A stretch of 63,236 nt of DNA, filler included, from Sphacelaria rigidula (lineage: Eukaryota): assembly GCA_964200075.2 (NCBI GenBank). It is 8 parts of 8 records of this genome, joined end to end, with 100 filler letters (N's around TTAATTAATTAA, not from the genome) between each part and the next. Parts side by side here need not be neighbours in the genome. Positions count along the whole stretch, not along the records: positions 23,757 to 31,573 come from CAXNAA020013362.1; positions 31,674 to 39,489 come from CAXNAA020013363.1; positions 39,590 to 47,405 come from CAXNAA020013364.1; 5 more parts are not named here. One strand, written 5' to 3'. Position numbers and translations under genes: made by a program. The notes below the pieces were generated by a model, which was not told the DNA's origin, ran no database searches, and was given only the letters and a program-made list of their open reading frames with translations. Positions 27,071 to 40,288 of the stretch are shown here, in pieces (positions within the stretch are counted from its first letter, which is position 1; the number at the start of each line of letters is the position of its first letter).

Positions 27071-27722
27071 GAACATGAAAATGAGGTTCAACTCCGTGAC
27101 AACAGTTCTCTCCCTGACTTGAAGTCCTGACAGATAACGAGCTCCACATGAACGGCCTCATGCCCCGCGACCTCCTTGAAACCATTGCTAGGGATCTCCT
27201 ATCTTTCATTCTCCCAAAGAAAGAGGATGTGCGAAAGCCCCATTTTCGGGCCAAAAGGCGCTGCCCTGTCCACCCCGAAATCAGGGCAAATATATGGTAC
27301 CTTCGCACGTACCCTCTGAATAATGCCGCAACAGACCCCCCCTACCCCCCCAAACAACTCCGATACTGTCACAAAGAAAATGGTCATACAGCGCAGGATA
27401 GCTGGTTTCAGACCGCATGAAGCATGGCACGTGAGCGACAATGCTGGTAAAAACAATCCCAAGCGCGGGAGTTCCCGGGTGCTTGGTGTGCTCGGCTTTT
27501 TCTACCATTTTGATTCGCAGGTAGATTTTGCCCCCTTGAACAAGCCACTACTCTGGGGGGTCTATCGCGACGTCACTCCTTTAGGGCAACGGAAGACGGG
27601 AAACACCCAGAGATAGTTTCGGGGAGATCGGGGGGCATGAGATCATCCACGTGAAAGTTAATTGTCGTGAATTCAGGTCAGGCAGAGCACTGTTTCGGAG
27701 TTGAGCCTCATTCTTATTGTTC
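27071..27722. repeat. Element with ~115 bp diverged inverted arms enclosing a G-tract MITE copy
   Basis: 27071-27186 is the diverged reverse complement of 27612-27722. The same aatgaggttcaactc motif occurs near 23628. Confidence 0.55.
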
Positions 27723-28162
27723 AGCCTCATTCTCGAATGTGTCGATCAATTGAGCCATCCTACGATAGGGGTGGGGGTATTTTGGGCCATTTGTTGCTCG
27801 AAATTTCGAGTCANNNNNNCCTTTATGAGCCTCTTTTTTCGTGCAACCAAATACCCCCCCCCCCTATCGTAGGATGACTCGATTGATGCCTCTTTTTTCC
27901 CCCTACGAGCTGGGCCAACCTTTGAGAGAACCTGTAGGTTACGGGCCCATTCTCACCCCAATTTTGAGGATTAGACTTTCAAATTTGGTGTAGATATAAC
28001 AAAAAAAGTACCTTGAGGCGTGAAAAGTTTTTCTTCAATGAGTTGAGGGCAAAAAACAATATCTAGTTTTTGTCGTGAGGTGAAGAAGCGTTCACAACAT
28101 GTCCTCTGAAGATCTGTAGATTACGAGATTTGTACAGATCAAGGATATTTTCGTAGAAGAAG

Positions 28163-28351
28163 GTGTGTGTTGTCGTCCCATCTAATCTGCACGCCGGTCT
28201 ATACCTTTCGGTATATGTGGGCGCACCAGCCGGGGTCACACAGGAGGAAGGTCAACGCAGGAGTTTTTTTTTCTTTTTTGTTTGATTCTTTCTAGTACTC
28301 CACCTTCCTTCTGCGGTGCTTGTCTTTATTTTCTATCGCGAGAGGGGTTCA
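28163..28351 (-). repeat. SINE-like / LINE 3'-end-like dispersed repeat with (CA)n tail
   Basis: Matches 57275-57525 (gtgttgtcgtcccatct...cctttcggtatatgtgggcgcacc...atcgcgagaggggttca). Confidence 0.7.
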
Positions 28352-28799
28352 ATACTCCCTGTAGCCAAATGATACCAAGCCGTAGGTTTCAGTATAGTCG
28401 CATACATGATTGGAGCAGTGGCAGGGGACAGGGGATCCTGCATTGATGACCCTTATCTATGTAGTCCCTTGCTGTCTAGCTCTTGTGATGTGGTCTGCTG
28501 AGGATCACTCCGTGATAATAACAAGTGAGAAGAAAGGACTTGTCGAGTACGAGGCCAATGCTACTGGAGGATTCCCTTGTGGATAGTCCTCTTACCCACA
28601 TCGCCTGGCAGAGGCTACAATATCTAGATATTCTTCCGGCACTCTGTCAGAGGAGTTTGGCTGAGGAGAGATTGGGCTGCAGCTTAGAGCAAGTTCAGCA
28701 CGCAGACTGGAGGAGACCAGCCTGAAGCGCACAGCATTGGGAGAACGCTCCGTTAGCTGGAGGACGCACAAGTCAGGCAAAAGTATCTCCGTGACGTGT

Positions 28800-31573
28800 T
28801 TGCAGCATAGACGATATGGCTCAAGGGGCGGCAGCGCCGCTGTTGTTAGGTGAGTCACTACAGCCGCCAAATTTTGGTGAAGTGTGGACCGAGGAGGCAT
28901 CACGTTTTTTTTTTTGCAAGATACGTTGAATACATACAGCGGTGGAGTCTAGCGAATTCAGAAGGAATCATACGGCATGAGAGGGTGAGCACAGGTCAAC
29001 TTCTCCCTACAAACATTCACCGCTGCTTCGAATACATGTACAAGGACCATCGGGCTATGACCCCCGATGAGTTGCTTGATACTGTGAAGCAGCATGCCGG
29101 GTATACTACAACCGGTGGAAAGCATGACGCTACACGGGCTACAGCAGACCTGCGTAAGGTACTTACAATGAAGCAAAGCGATGGAAAGTCTGTGAAGGAT
29201 CGTGCTATGATGGTTAGCTCGGACATGGAACGTTTTTTTGCACAGAATCTGATGGTGCAAGCCATGTACCGTGCGGAGGACAGGAGTTGGTTGCCTGGCC
29301 CGGCCGAGTAGGTTTCCATAGTTTTGGTGGATGGGATTTCGCCCCCGGCATTCAAGGCGTATGTTAGAAGTGTACCAACGTATGTTAACGGCTGGAAAAA
29401 GAACCCAACGGTGGGTGTTCAAAAACATGTTTGAGACGGCGGACCAGTGGAAGTCCATTGAAGCACATTGCTGGCGCGACTCTGCAACAAGTGCAGGTGG
29501 TATGCGCCGCAAACAGCAACAGCAACACAAACAGCAGCCGTCTTTGCGAGCGTCATCCACTCGCGCGTGCTACAACTGCGGCGACACCGGACATATGATC
29601 AAAGGCTGCCCCAAGCCTCGCGCCCAAGGCGCCGCACAGGGTAATGCACGAGATTTATCAGGATCTCGGGGCAATCGTCACGGTAGACGGAGCCGTGCCA
29701 ATCAGGAACGCGGGCGCGGCGACCGCGGTAGCAAGCGATCGGCGGCGGATGGTGGTTCCTCCGCTGCTGATTCTTCCTCTACGTCATCAGGTGGTGACTC
29801 TGGATCTTATGCTTCGTCCGTAGCGGGGCGGACAGTGTACGTGGGAAATGCAAATACTTCGGTGGGGAGTGCTGGAGCGAATAGCTCGCAACCCATCGCC
29901 CAGGCAGGATCCGTGTCTGGTGCATTCCCTAAGGCTGCGACGGCTGTAACAGAGCCGTCTGCATATTCGGCGACTTGGTCTTGGTGGACCGACGATTCGC
30001 AGCTATCGATGCCAAGTGCTGGAGGGTAGCCCTGGCGCCAGATGAATCTTGGGACAGAACAGGGTTCTTCGGCAGGCGTGGCACCTGTCGATCGCAAGAC
30101 TGAATGTTTACGCGCAGATCTATCCTTGCCTGGTTCTGTAGGTTCATTCATGGCCCGTGTTATTCCGGAGTCTGGGTCCTCTTTCACGTCGGTCGGTGTG
30201 GGGTTACTTGAGCAAACGTTTTCGGAGTTTAGCGGCGGTCAGCTTCAAATTCCGTTCGAAAACGGACCGCAAACGGCGCAGACCGCCACGGGTGCTCCCG
30301 TGACGCTTACACACAAAACGGTACCAATTACTGTTACGTGCGTACGCCGTGGGGGGCTGTGCAGTTGCAGCCCATTACTTTCGCTGTCATGCCCAGTAGG
30401 GACAGCGTGGTTCAATTTTGGATGGCGACAATCAAGGAGCTGGGAATTGATCTATATCCGCTGGCGTTGGAGAAGTTACGTCTGCGTGCTGTGCCAGTGC
30501 AAGCCGGCGTGGAAAACCACAGTTACCTTGCTGCAACGCGTGTGATCGTATCCATACCGTCATTCCAAAGCGACAATGAGGAGGAGGCTCCTGCTGATGA
30601 AGCGGTAGAGCGCTTGGTCGATCGGGGGCCGGACATGTTCATGGACCCAGCAGAGGAGAGAGGTGCACGGGAACGTGCGCTTGAGGATTGTGTGCGGCAG
30701 GCCGAACAGAAGGGCCTGAGCGCCCATGGTGCATATTGTTTGCGCGATAATTCGGCTCGTCGCGTAGATACATTTCGCCGTGCGCTGCGTGGTGACCCGC
30801 CAGCGCGCGTGGAGCCAATGAAGGAGGCTGTGAAGGCCAAGCCTCGCCGCTGCGATCCGGTGAGGACTGTGTGGCTTGCTTCATGCATCGCAGTTTTGGT
30901 GGCATTTGGTTTGTTGCTTGGGAATATTCAGGCTGTTTGGGCGAGTCCGGCGATGGCGGTGCCGAAGAGGGACACAGTCCATTTGGACAGCGACTATCAG
31001 GCGGTGAACATGCAGGTGGAACAGTCCCCGGGGGTGATACCAAGCCAAGAAGACATGCGGGAGTTGCTGGAAGCCCAACAACAATATCGGTGTGTCAGTG
31101 AACACATTCCTGGAGAGCGCAGTTTTGGGGGAAATTTGTTGTCTCGCTGGGTGAAGGTTCCTACCGTGCCTGTTCGTTCCGTTGCCGTGTACAGCCCGAG
31201 TAATGCCGATGATTCGCTGCCTTCGTTAGATGCCATCCGTTCCGCGCAGTGCAAAACACGTGCGTTGCGGTCTATTTTGTCGGAACAGCGACGGTCGGTG
31301 TTTGAATGGGTTGATGTTTTGCCAGCCGCTCAGTGGGCGGTGAATACCTCTTTTCGTGAACGCTACCGTAACACTCCGTATTGTGTGATGTTTGAGCGTA
31401 CGCCGCGTACAGCGTTTTCCGCGCTGGCTTATGTCACTGGCGACGAGTGGAACGTCGATGTCATGAATGCTGATTCGTTGGGTGACAAGTTTCGAGGCGT
31501 GGTTGACGAGCAAGTGCGGTTTTGTAGCGAAATGCAAGCTGCTGTCGCGGTGTCTCGCGAAACCAAATGCAAG
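28800..31573 (+). mobile_element. Degenerate, internally deleted Ty3/Gypsy retrotransposon
   Basis: Gag zinc knuckle CYNCGDTGHMIKGC; decayed protease site VIPESGSSFT; RT N-terminus WASPAMAVPK...DYQAVN; RNase H tail EHIPGE...LLSRW; integrase tail WVDVLPAAQWAVNT...TPY. Truncated by the contig end. Confidence 0.85.
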
Positions 31574-31673
31574 NNNNNNNNNNNNNNNNNNNNNNNNNNN
31601 NNNNNNNNNNNNNNNNNTTAATTAATTAANNNNNNNNNNNNNNNNNNNNNNNNNNNNNNNNNNNNNNNNNNNN
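31574..31673. other. Artificial contig spacer
   Basis: N44-TTAATTAATTAA-N44. Confidence 0.98.
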
Positions 31674-32110
31674 TAGGGAGTACATTCCCAACTCTACTCT
31701 CAAAACTGTATTACTCGTCGTTTTCGGGGGGGGGGAAGCAGGACATGAGATGCTCAATTGGTGTTGATTCCGTGATCTGGTGTGCCCTATTTGCAACGCT
31801 TCAATCTTCAGTGACGCAGCTTCACATATGGTAGCACTGAGGCGCATGTGGTTCTCCTATGACCTGCAAGGGAACACCAAGGTGCCGAGATATCAAGGTT
31901 ATGTTGGGTTTGACCAGAGCTCATGTCAACGGTGTACACAGACGTACTTCCAAAGGCGGACAGGGCCGCGCTTTTTCAAGAACACAAGGAAAGCAGCATA
32001 TTTCAGAATATTGGCGAGAAAAACGCCCGAATCTCCGTGAACAGTTCACCGGAGTCATGCAAGAAGTAAGAGTCTCTATCCGCCACCCCTAGAGAGAGAA
32101 ATGTATTTAC

Positions 32111-35100
32111 CAGATGTGCACGTCCCAAGTCGATTTGCTACTGCCCTCCCTTTTAGTTCATGTGTTCTTGCCTGCCGGGCTAGATCTAGAGCGGTGCAGC
32201 CGTTGCTGTCTCTCCAGCGAACAAAATCACGAAACGGGTGGAACCAGTCGGGATGTGGACCGACGCGATCGTTGGATTTTCCTAGACCGCCGAAGCTGCC
32301 GTCGCGTTCGAGGAGCATTACAGTCATGGCGGCAGAGACGAGAATAGAAAGAGGTTCGTGCAGAAGCGAGCAGGAATATGATGAATCAGGGGGACCTAGA
32401 TCATAAATGAGAGACGTGGACAGCGACATGATCGTCCTTCGAGGTGTTGTTTTTTGAGAATATTCAAGGACAAAGTCTTCGACGAGTACAGAAGCGGCTT
32501 GTAGTTGGGAAGCATTCCTTTTACACACGAGGGTCATAACCTTGCTGTGTCACCCGTGTTTCGCGTCATCTCTTATGCCGAAAACGTTGGGATGCGGATA
32601 CTTATACTTTTCTCGCTTTTATTCTCAGGCGGTCGGTTATTTTAGCCTTTCAGTCGCCCGTGAAGCTTGTGAATAACATCTATTCCCAATGCTCTTGTTC
32701 AGCTCCCGCAAGCACTATCAGCGTACCTTCGCATAAGACTTTTTTCTTGTCTCTGAAACATGATATGATATACACCCAAGAATTTATATGTTGCCATACT
32801 TCGCACCCTTCTCTTTCTTAGAGCAAGTCTGCAGTCTCAGGTGATCCACCCTTCTCGCCCCCAGTATCTCCGTGACGATTTCTCATCGAGCATGCTATTT
32901 CTTTTTTGCACATCATTCTCACCTGAAGCAAATCGCCAGGGCCCGGCCATTTCGTGTTTCTGTATCGGGACCGGTACTAGATTTTCCTCGACGTTTTTCA
33001 TGTGTCTTCCCTGTCCTTTCTTTTCCTTTCCCCTTTCCCCTTTCCCCCATTTTTGTTGTTTGGTTTTTCATTTTTAAGTGTACTCTGTTCGTTCTATCCT
33101 TATCTCTTTATTGTCCTCTCCATCGAGTTCCCTTCAGTGGCTGTTTCCGTTGTGTTCACCTTGGGCACGTCTATCTCGTGGATGATGACCGCACTGGATT
33201 CTTCAGGGATCACTCAATGTACGACAAGCAATCCATGAATCGATTGAACCAGCACTCTTGCAGTCCCGTGACATCCACCGGCTCTCAATTTTTTTACCAA
33301 CGTCTTCACGCTGTTGACAACGGAAGTCGAATTCTCCATAATGTCGGAACTGAAACCTAGAAAACTCGCTAATGTTGATAATTGGTGTACCAGCTTCACC
33401 AGGGGTGTGGCATGTAAACAGTCTATACCCGAGGGCAACTAGAGGCGAACTGGCGCCAGTACATTGTGGTATAGTGCGAGGGGGTTGTATCATACCGTAG
33501 CCCCACAATTGGTTGTCCCTTTTGTCTCGCTCACATGGGATCATACTTCACTCGTTTCTTCTTCTCGTCACGTACTTTGTTATACGAAGTAGGACTTTAG
33601 TGTATTGCTTGCGGGAAATGTTTGTATATATATATGGGGGAAAGACGAGCTTTGGTTCCTTAGCTGCATACTTCTCCACAGTGGGCCCACATCTGTACAG
33701 TAGTTTCGGAATCACGTGGCAGGTTTCATGCTTTCCAATTACTGAAACAGAGGAAATTAGGAAAGCACATCCATTGGCACGGCATCTCACAGCATCACAT
33801 GGCAGGCACCTGTCGCAGGCCCAATGTTTCCGCAGTACACGTAATGCTCTACACACCTGTCTCTCAGTAGCATATCCCTGACACGATCCAGCAGGAGCAG
33901 CACAACCCCGGTGTTCCCGTTGAGTGCCGCATTGTGCAGCGCAGTTTTCGACTCTTTTCGTGTTACTCTGGTTAGCGCGGCGACACCACTCCCTTCCGTC
34001 TCCGTCCCCTTCCCGTGGTGAGACAGTAGCTCTACCGCCACGAGATCAAACCCACACACTGCAGCCCAAGTGACAGCTGTGTGGCCAAACTTGGATTCAA
34101 CCGCGGGATCTGCTCCCTGTGCGCGAAAGTGTACACAGCAATCACGAGGCAGCATTGTGTAGTGAGATAAAATACCGTTTAGTCACCGCTCGTTGTCACA
34201 ATTGCTGACACTTCAGCTGGAGGGGGCGTTAATTCAGGCTAGGCGAAACGTGCACAAAGCCGAGGTGAAGCTCACACGATAGATGACCACCAAGAGACGA
34301 GTGCGACCAGTGAGCGTTAATAGCGATCAACCGTAGCCGTCGGTGTACGGAAGCCCCATCGTGACATATAGTACATTCTTGGATTTGTTCTGGATGTTTA
34401 TCCAAGGCACCGTGCGCTCACCATTTTCAATAGCCGCCGCACAGTCTCTGGATCATTCAAAACCGTGGCAAGGGCGAGTGCAGTAGTCCCCCCGGGACCC
34501 TCAGCATCCAGGAAAAACACTGGTGGCAGTTTCTCACTGCCCAAGACGTCAACGTTCGCCTGTGTTGCGGAGTCTACAGAATCGTCTTTGGTTGTCGACT
34601 TGTAGTCGTTGCTGTTTGGGTCGTGGGGACTATCTGCATCTCTACTCTCCGCGGATGCTGCAAATCCCAGTCGCTCACACACAGACGAGAAATCACGACG
34701 AGACACGTGAGCACGATCTATGATGCGCTTTATTTCATTCAAGTCGCGTTTTGTAACGGCGGCGGCCACGTCGCGGGCGTATCGGGCATTTGCGTGAACT
34801 ACACTCCATAGTTCCTTCTTGTCCCTTAGTGAGCGTGTTGACTCCCTGGCATGGGCGCGAGAGAGCAGTAGAGCATTTTCGGGAAAACTCGCCGTTATCA
34901 GCATCAAACTATCCCTATCGCGTAGATATGTGGAAAATGACGCTGGTTCAGAGGTGATACCCTGTTGTGAGATAACGTTTTGTTGAGCAGTTGACTGCTG
35001 AGCGCTAGCCACGAAAACTTGTCATCGCCACCTACACAAGCGTTAACTGCGTTGTTCTTTTTTCCGACACATGCTCCGAGTTTTGGGAACAAGTTACCTG

Positions 35101-35749
35101 CGGTAGAAAATTTCGTTCTCCATGGCACGTTCCAACACCCGCGCAACGTTGTCTTGGCGAGCGATTCGGGACCAGTCTAGAGCTGTGCGCCCTCGGCTAT
35201 CCTTTACGAACATGTCGGCACCCTCTGCGATCAGCTCCGCTACCGTATCCGCGTGCCCCCAGTTCGCCGCGCGCATGAGCGGGGTGTAGGTGTTTACGGT
35301 CGAGTCTACAGCTGCGCCCAACTCTATTGCATGTGCGACATCTGAGGTGCGGCCGCTGGCTGCCGCCAGGGTTAAGTCCTCCTGTGCTTGCGCCTGTTGG
35401 TTCTGCTCACAGTGTAAGAAAGGTATGGGGAGCAAATTCAAATGCTATAGTTTAACATCCACCTTGGTTGTTGACAGAGCATAAAATCTGTGCTGCTGTC
35501 TGCTGCGCACCAGTCGCATAGTGAGCATCCTCAAGGCAATTATTCTCTTGGACATACTTTCCGTCTGAAGAAGACAATGCGATGTTGAAGGTACACACAC
35601 CCTGCACGCCTCACCTCAGTGAGTAATACACAACACCTCTGTGCTGTTTTCGAAAGTAAGATGTACTGTACTGCAGTCACCTTTCTTGAAATATCCTCAA
35701 GCTCTTTCAGCCTCGCCAATAAGGCAGCGGTGTTCCTTCCGCCTGGCAT
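32111..35749 (-). CDS. Ankyrin-repeat protein, 5' part, multi-exon
   Basis: Exons 35749-35681 (MPGGRNT...), 35402-35098, 34914-34422, 34116-33857 and 32295-32111 join with phases 0,2,0,2. Ankyrin motifs: YTPLMRAANWGHADTVAELIAEGAD, GRTALDWS, GTTALALA, GHTAVTWAA, KTALHNAALNGN, GCTALDLA. 3' end not resolved. Confidence 0.85.
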
Positions 35750-36308
35750 GTTTGTGCCGTTGGGTCACAATAATTCCCTTAACCTTTCGTTGAGGTGATA
35801 AGATGATGGATGGCGGTATAATCTGACTTATTCGATCGTCTCATCTCGCCTATACGCCATGTACCTGGGACGACCACGACGCCGGGGCAAGGCAGAATTC
35901 ATGCGGTATCACTCTGCGGCGTGATCATGAGGCAACGGTGGTCTTGTTGTCGAGAGTGGACAATCTTTGACATTTGGGTACACACTTTCTGCCTCCCTAT
36001 GGGCGGCATCTACTTTACCCATACGTGTTCATTTCCATTTACGGCGTAGCCCTTAGGCTTGCTTACTGCCAGCAGTTATGTGTGCCATGAACGTCTACAG
36101 GCAAGTACTACAATCACATGCACGCAGCAATTCCGATTTAAGATTTTGGGAGTGATTTCCAAAGTGGTTCGGCGATGTCGAACCAATATATAGTGGAGGC
36201 GTTCTGTATGGTTCTCAAAGTTTTTGATTGGCCTTTCGATTTGTGATCACCGGTCGTTTACTCATCCCGCTCCTAGCTATCTTTCTTTGGTAGGAACGAG
36301 CTGAAACC

Positions 36309-38997
36309 ATGGCGAAGGCTAGCTGTGTGATGACGAGCGATGAGGAGGGTATTTCGGGATCGCTTATGCTTACTCAGGTACCAAGAATTCTAGGCAACAA
36401 TTTCGTCGTATAACCCTTCATCTGAATGTCACCCACCCAGGCGGCACCGCCGACAGCCGACGGTACCGCGACGGGCGCAACCTAAATTAGCGGTATGGTT
36501 AGAGGGTACCAACCCTATATATGGCCAGGCCTGGGCGTTTCTGTGCTGAAAGAATGTATCGCTTCGTTGCAGTGTCTCCATCGATCGGCAAACTCTGGAG
36601 TGATAAAAGTCAGTCGCACATCATGTACCACCACGATACAAGTATAGTCTGGTGGTACATTCGTGCTAGGTCGGGAGCGAGCTCTCCTTACCTTGTACAC
36701 CCCCCCTGCGTGCTTGGTCTGGTAGTTGACCATGTTTACGAAGAAGACATCTTATGTACAATGCTTTCATCAACAGTATTTCACGTCTCGCACGCGATTG
36801 CATAACAATCAGAACACTCCGTATTGGTGAAATACCCTGTACCCTATCCCGTCACGTCTCCTCTATGTAGTTCGGTAGATAACGGGGTATAACACCCCCC
36901 ACCCAAGCAGCTTCTAGTGGCGAGCGTTCAGCAGACTTCTCAGAGCGAGATCGTGCACTCCTGGATCGTTTCGAAAGTCTCTGATATATTTACAGGGGTA
37001 CATCTATCGGGCGACTGCCTGGTTGCGGCTGTTTTGTGAGAAGATCGACTACGCCATACGCCATTCTATGAAATCTATCGATCATTGCGATGATCTTCAG
37101 CTACGTGACGAGTCCCGATAGATTTCATCTGTGCATTACAATTGAGCTGCCCAGCGTTTTGACTGGTTGTATCCCGTCTCGGTGAGAAGAAAATGATCGA
37201 GATCCCTCCAAAATACTTGGACGTGAAGAAGGTACCACGATGTGCTCGTAGTCTCTCGATATTGGAAACGTGGCGTATGCTCCCTCTACGGGAATGTGAC
37301 TGTTGGCAGTACAATGTAAACATGTCTAGGATACCATGCTTCGACGGAGGTCAGTTCACCACTTGGGATGGTGAGAAATTTCTCAGAAACTTATAATTTC
37401 GAACAAACTATAACACTAACCCTAACCCTAACCCTAACCCCAACGAAGGCACACCGAGAACCCTCGGGCGAGGGGGTGGACAGTGTTACATAGGCGAAGG
37501 GTGCGTTGCCAGACCTCAAATCGGCGCCCCAGGCGCCGATTTCGACCTAAACGCGTTCTGCGCAAGCTGGGAGCACGCTTGGAGCATAGCCTCAGTAAAG
37601 ATCCTGATTTTCGCTGTTCACACTAAAATCAAGTCGAACTATCTGAGAAACTTCTCACCATCCCAAGTGGAAGACTCTGCAGCTTCGACGTCAGTAGGAA
37701 GTGTTGGGATTTTGTTTTTCGGAAGGACAAGACCTGGGGCTAGGGATGGGGCGTAGGACTAGTTCCAACCCTTTGAGTGCCAGCATAGGTCACCTGCTGA
37801 ATCGGCATCACTTTCACTTGAAAAACTAACACATGAGCCGAATGACCGTACCTCGCGGTCAAGGGGTTCAAAGAGATGAGGTGAGGAGTTTTTTTTATCA
37901 GCGACGGAGTAAGGCAAGTTCGCAAAAATCGAAGAAGCCTACACCCTACACTCTGCCAAGTTCAAGGGTCGGACGAATCATCTCTGGTTCGAACCACCTA
38001 TTCTACGATTACTGAGGCCTGACTGCTCCCAGGAGAGAAAAACGTTGACCGCGGGTCGAAAAAGTCTGCGTAATTTTGTGCTATCCCATATGCCTAGGGT
38101 GCGTGCACCTGGGGTGTAACTCTGAAACCAAAGTCCAAGGGTTGATTCGTTCGGTACGAATATATTTAATGAAACTCAAGTAATTTTCAGGCGAATCATT
38201 AATTCGTCCGACCCTGCAAAAGTTTCGACGGTTAGGCTTCAGAAAATAAACTAACCACGCCGTGCCGTATCGCAACTATACTGCACAGCACAGCAACACG
38301 TAGACTGCAGCAATGAAGAAGCCAGTACCGAGCTCAGTGCCCCTCTCTCGACTCTGAAGGCCACAAGCCTATTCCCATCTGGGCAGCAGGGTTTGTACCG
38401 TCGAACAAATTCAACGCCACGGTTCCAACATCGAAACTTCCTCCTGACGGAAGGTTTGCGTTTCTTAGCATATACTCAGGTTTCCCCCAATGCTTGTGGT
38501 GCGGAAAAAAACCCACCTGAGCAAAATCGCGTACCGAGCGTAGTACCCTTGCCCCAACCCCAAACACTACGAACCCTTCTTTGAGCAAGTCGATTTGTGC
38601 CGTCAAACGAGCTTACCAGCGCCGTTCCAATTTCGCGAGCTAACCGGGCGAAAATATACTTTCCATGCGTTCTCACGTGCCGGGCGCGCGTGTGTGTGCC
38701 CGCGTGTGCGTGCCCGCGTGGCACCCTGTATTGTGAAACAGCTGGCTACATACAGACTCTCATGCGCTTGTGTTGGCCCTGCAAGACTAGCAGGCATTTG
38801 TTTCTCATAGCTGGGGTCATCATCTTGGCCGAAACGTTACCGTACATAAAATAATCTCAAGCGAGCACTATGCGATGTATGTGACAGCCTGAATCCCACG
38901 GCGGAGGCATGGTGCAGCGTTCAAATCTCCATCGGCTGCGCACAAAAGGTCGTACACGCGGCTCAATTTTTCACCCTTTGCACCTGGAAGCGCACAG
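36309..38997 (+). pseudogene. Cu/Zn superoxide dismutase-like gene fragment, apparently disrupted
   Basis: Exon 36309-36377 MAKASCVMTSDEEGISGSLMLTQ resembles the SOD1 N-terminal strands. Exon 36441-36505 reads ...GAT*ISGMVRG with an in-frame TAA at 36483. Tentative exon 38888-38997 has GLNP, RRHG and GSIFHP spread across different frames. Confidence 0.5.
37359..37670. mobile_element. MITE with internal (CCCTAA)n tract and hairpin
   Basis: TIR CCACTTGGGATGGTGAGAA / TTCTCACCATCCCAAGTGG. About four CCCTAA units at 37416-37441. 11-bp stem at 37518-37542. Confidence 0.7.
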
Positions 38998-39489
38998 GTC
39001 ATCTTTGTCATCTCGTGATGAGTGCAAGTGACGGTGCTGTTGTGGAATTCGCGATCCCGCCAACAGTAATTTTGTGGCTACACGGGAGTGACCACGGCTT
39101 GCGGTTTCTGTCGAGGTCCGCTGGCTAGTGACTGTCTCTGTTCGGGCAAGTATTTGTTGGAAAAGACACGGGCAGGAACCGCACGAAAGTAACCAATTAT
39201 GGTTGTCTCTATCGTGTGTGTAGATTGGCACCTGTACTCGTTCACACAATGAATCGAGCCGCACAACCCGTTCCTCCGTACATAATCCTGTAAGTTCCGA
39301 CGCACTTTCCTTTGAGTTTCTCATGGTTCGATCGTAGGTTTAGCAAACCACGATGTCCCCACGTCTTATCCCAGGTTGGTTGCCGACTACTCCTTCTCTC
39401 CACCTTTTGGGTGTGTAATACCACTTTGAGCGCATAGATGGGAATGTACTTACTCAAAACAAACAGAGACATGAGGAAATTGCGATGGC

Positions 39490-39589
39490 NNNNNNNNNNN
39501 NNNNNNNNNNNNNNNNNNNNNNNNNNNNNNNNNTTAATTAATTAANNNNNNNNNNNNNNNNNNNNNNNNNNNNNNNNNNNNNNNNNNNN
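39490..39589. other. Artificial contig spacer
   Basis: N44-TTAATTAATTAA-N44. Confidence 0.98.
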
Positions 39590-40288
39590 GAGGGGGTGAG
39601 GGGGTGCGTGGCATGGGGTGGGTGGGGGGGGGGGGGGGGGTGATTCTGATTGTGTGTTTTGTCTGGAGGCGTTGAGCTGCTTCGCTCCGCCGGTTACCGA
39701 GGGGGAATAAGGGGTTAAGTAGATGTAGTGAGTGTCTAGTTTGACATGATGACGTAGGCACTACTGTAGTATGGATTGCAAAATTTGAATTTGAAATTTG
39801 ATTCTTGTACTGTAGGCAGCTGGCTGACTATGAAGTGGATTTTGCAACATGTGATCCGAGTTTCGAAAGTTGTCAACGGCACTGTGTTGTGTGGGTCCAT
39901 ATATGTTACCTAGGAGCTTGGTCTCGCGTGCGTGGTGCAGGTTACTTGAATGCTAAGTACGACCACCCACGCTATTGTAAGGGGCATGGGCTAGTACAGT
40001 TGAAGAATTTGACTTGCGTTTCGCTTGAATTAACCATCAGGAGCTACAGTGTGGTGAAACACACAGCCCATCCATCCCTGTTTTTGTCTTGGTGTGAAAA
40101 GAAATGTACCGATGTATTTGATTCTTGGCTGGTCCCATAGTCGTTGAAAAAAGTAAGAGTTTCGGGATTTGCGGTTCTTTTACGGTTGCTGATGAAATTC
40201 ATTTCTTGAGAGGATACACCTGTTGAATGCGCCGTGAGCGGAAGAGTTCTTTTTCCGGTGAGTAGTTCTGTTCACCAAGTATGGTCCA

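Noticed and set aside
33160..33356. Possible extra ankyrin-gene exon, or an exon with an in-frame TGA (selenocysteine)
   Set aside because: The TGA-containing frame is phase-incompatible with the upstream exon, has no redox motif or SECIS evidence, and the gene splices cleanly without it.
37416..37441. CCCTAA tract as a real telomere
   Set aside because: Only about four units, internal, and enclosed by MITE TIRs.
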